A stretch of DNA of 63,923 bases, filler included, from Hausera hauseri (lineage: Eukaryota): assembly GCA_046269625.1 (NCBI GenBank). It is 12 parts of 12 records of this genome, joined end to end, with 100 filler letters (N's around TTAATTAATTAA, not from the genome) between each part and the next. Parts side by side here need not be neighbours in the genome. Positions count along the whole stretch, not along the records: positions 58,591 to 63,923 come from JBJURY010276729.1; 11 more parts are not named here. One strand, written 5' to 3'. A model generated the notes under the pieces. That model was not told the origin of the DNA, did not search any database, and saw only the letters and a program-made list of their open reading frames with translations. The position numbers and the translations under genes are program-made. This document shows positions 62,245-63,923 of this stretch, piece by piece. Position 1 is the first letter of the stretch. Each line of letters opens with the position of its first letter.

Positions 62245-63923
62245 TACGTTTTGCCTGCTGGAGTAACTCTTCGCACAGAGGCCTCCAGTTGCGTCCTGCT
62301 TTTGTGTTGAAACACCCTGCCGGTGTTTCAGCTTCTTCTTCCTGGCAGCTTTTTGCTTAAACTTCACAAGTGAACTTTTAAGATTGAGCCATATTTTTGG
62401 GCGACCCCTCTCCACTGGGTGTCCTGAGCCACGTCGAGGTGCCACACTCAGCCTTCTGCAAGCTGCGAGTATCCAGACTCCCGTGAGCAAAGCTGTGACG
62501 GCCAGCACTTTCAGGGCCTCTTCTCAGCTGTCCATCAACAAGCTGAGACGGTCCCAACACCAACTGGTAAACAAAGCCTTGGGTGCTGTTTTCCCCCGTC
62601 CACTGACTCCTGCCACGGTAAGAGGCCACGGGTCTATAACTTGTCTGACCTCGGGAGAACCTCCGGCTCACCCTGGCTCACTGGTTAAGAGACATAATAA
62701 ATATAGCCCAGTATAGCTGTATTGTTTGTCTCTCTCTTTTCCTATCCCTTGCCTCACACACACCTCCACTCTTCCACACACACACCCTGAAGGTGTAACG
62801 AAGCATTGTGTAATAATCACTACTGTTAGTTATCACAACGAGAGCTCTGTAGTAACTAATAATCACTCAATTGTAATCACTTCCTTTAATTTTTATTTTA
62901 AATAAAAATCCTGGTTACATTGTAACAGGAATAAAATTAATTAGCGACTCCTAGTGTTTCTATGAAACTGAAAGTTGGGTATTTCTTGACAAACAGGCCT
63001 TGAACCTTGTTTAACTTGGTAAACTACTACTAGGACATTATAAATGGTACTCCAGGCAGTGGGTTTATTCTACATTTTGGCGAGCCAGCGTGGAGGTCTG
63101 AATATGAAATATCTGGTCTTTAATTTCATAAAAACAGTTTATTTTGCTTCAGAGTGAGTTTGTGCTGTGTGTTAAAAGGTTTTCTTTTTTCCTCTCTCCT
63201 TTGTGTGCTTGTAGCATTCCCTGCTGGACAGAGATGCATGTTGTACACACTCTTGTTTGATCCTTGTGAAGTTATAAGCTTTCTGCTGTCTTTGTGCTTT
63301 TTTGTGCTTTCAGTTATAACTGTTATTGATAAAAGTCATTGTGATATCAATTATTGGTTGTGCATGCAAGTTGTTATAAGATCGATCAGGGCGAGTGTAG
63401 TTAAGCTGCACAGTTGTTCGCCTGGGATAATTGTCGCCTTGTCCGCGTATTCCGGAAAGTTTGACAGTTTTTCCCCCACTTCGTGTTGACCCCTCTGCTT
63501 TGGCCAAGTAAAAGGTTGGGGCCTGCTTATTTTATAAGCTAAAGGTAGAAGTGTTAGTCGCTGCGTAAATAGTCCGTTCTAAGCTACGGGTTTTAGCGGT
63601 TGCAGGGGATTTGTTCTGTCAGCGTGACACTGATGGATTTCCAGAGCTTTGTGTTCTGAAGAACAGACTTCTGTGTCTGTTGGTAGAGGGGACCAACGCT
63701 GTTGTGTGTTCGGTCACTGTGTTTCAAGGTTTCCGGTATTAAAAATGTGTTGGTGGAGCGGAGCCGATCTGCCTCTTAGAGCGAGGCAAGTGACTCCATA
63801 TTGAACTGGGAAACACTGTTCTTGAAGCCGCCCCCCCCCCAGGGCGGAGTGTTGTTCTCATTGGTTCAGTAGTAGAAGTGCCACCGTCTTTAAATAGAAA
63901 AGGGCTTTAGTGCCATCGTGTGT

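Noticed and set aside
61717-62508. 263-aa and VC-rich ORFs
   Set aside because: They cross the pogo TIR and CA/GT microsatellite-like sequence; spurious.
63820-63923. GC box, reverse CCAAT and TATA-like cluster as a promoter
   Set aside because: At the window edge with no downstream gene to validate it.

Overview
This is not one locus. It is 12 short eukaryotic contigs (about 4-8 kb) joined by 100-nt N-linkers carrying the artificial six-frame stop TTAATTAATTAA, with one extra 10-N gap at 898-907. Contigs 1-11 look like an AT-rich animal genome (probably invertebrate) full of decayed mobile DNA. They contain four Ty3/Gypsy-type fragments, one BEL/Pao element, one complete hAT element, four Polinton/Maverick-like fragments (protein-primed PolB and/or shared accessory genes), small LTR elements, and intronless, damaged copies of host genes (ELAV-like RRM, TTLL7, pyruvate kinase, UBR5, a RING protein). 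Contig 12 is different: it has vertebrate-type tRNA-Met copies and a DD35D pogo transposon, and probably comes from another organism. Main discoveries: (1) a Gypsy element with a chuvirus-like glycoprotein UPSTREAM of protease-RT, possibly inside one polyprotein; (2) a BEL/Pao Gag carrying collagen repeats, a ubiquitin-like domain ending in GG, and CCCH fingers where CCHC knuckles are expected; (3) an intronless in-frame pyruvate kinase-UBR5 chimera, plus a short-LTR family flanking cargo, suggesting retro-capture of host mRNAs; (4) a conserved Maverick cassette with a repeated Cys/His domain at the PolB N-terminus. All family calls come from motif recognition by eye; no database searches were run, and pseudogene boundaries are approximate.
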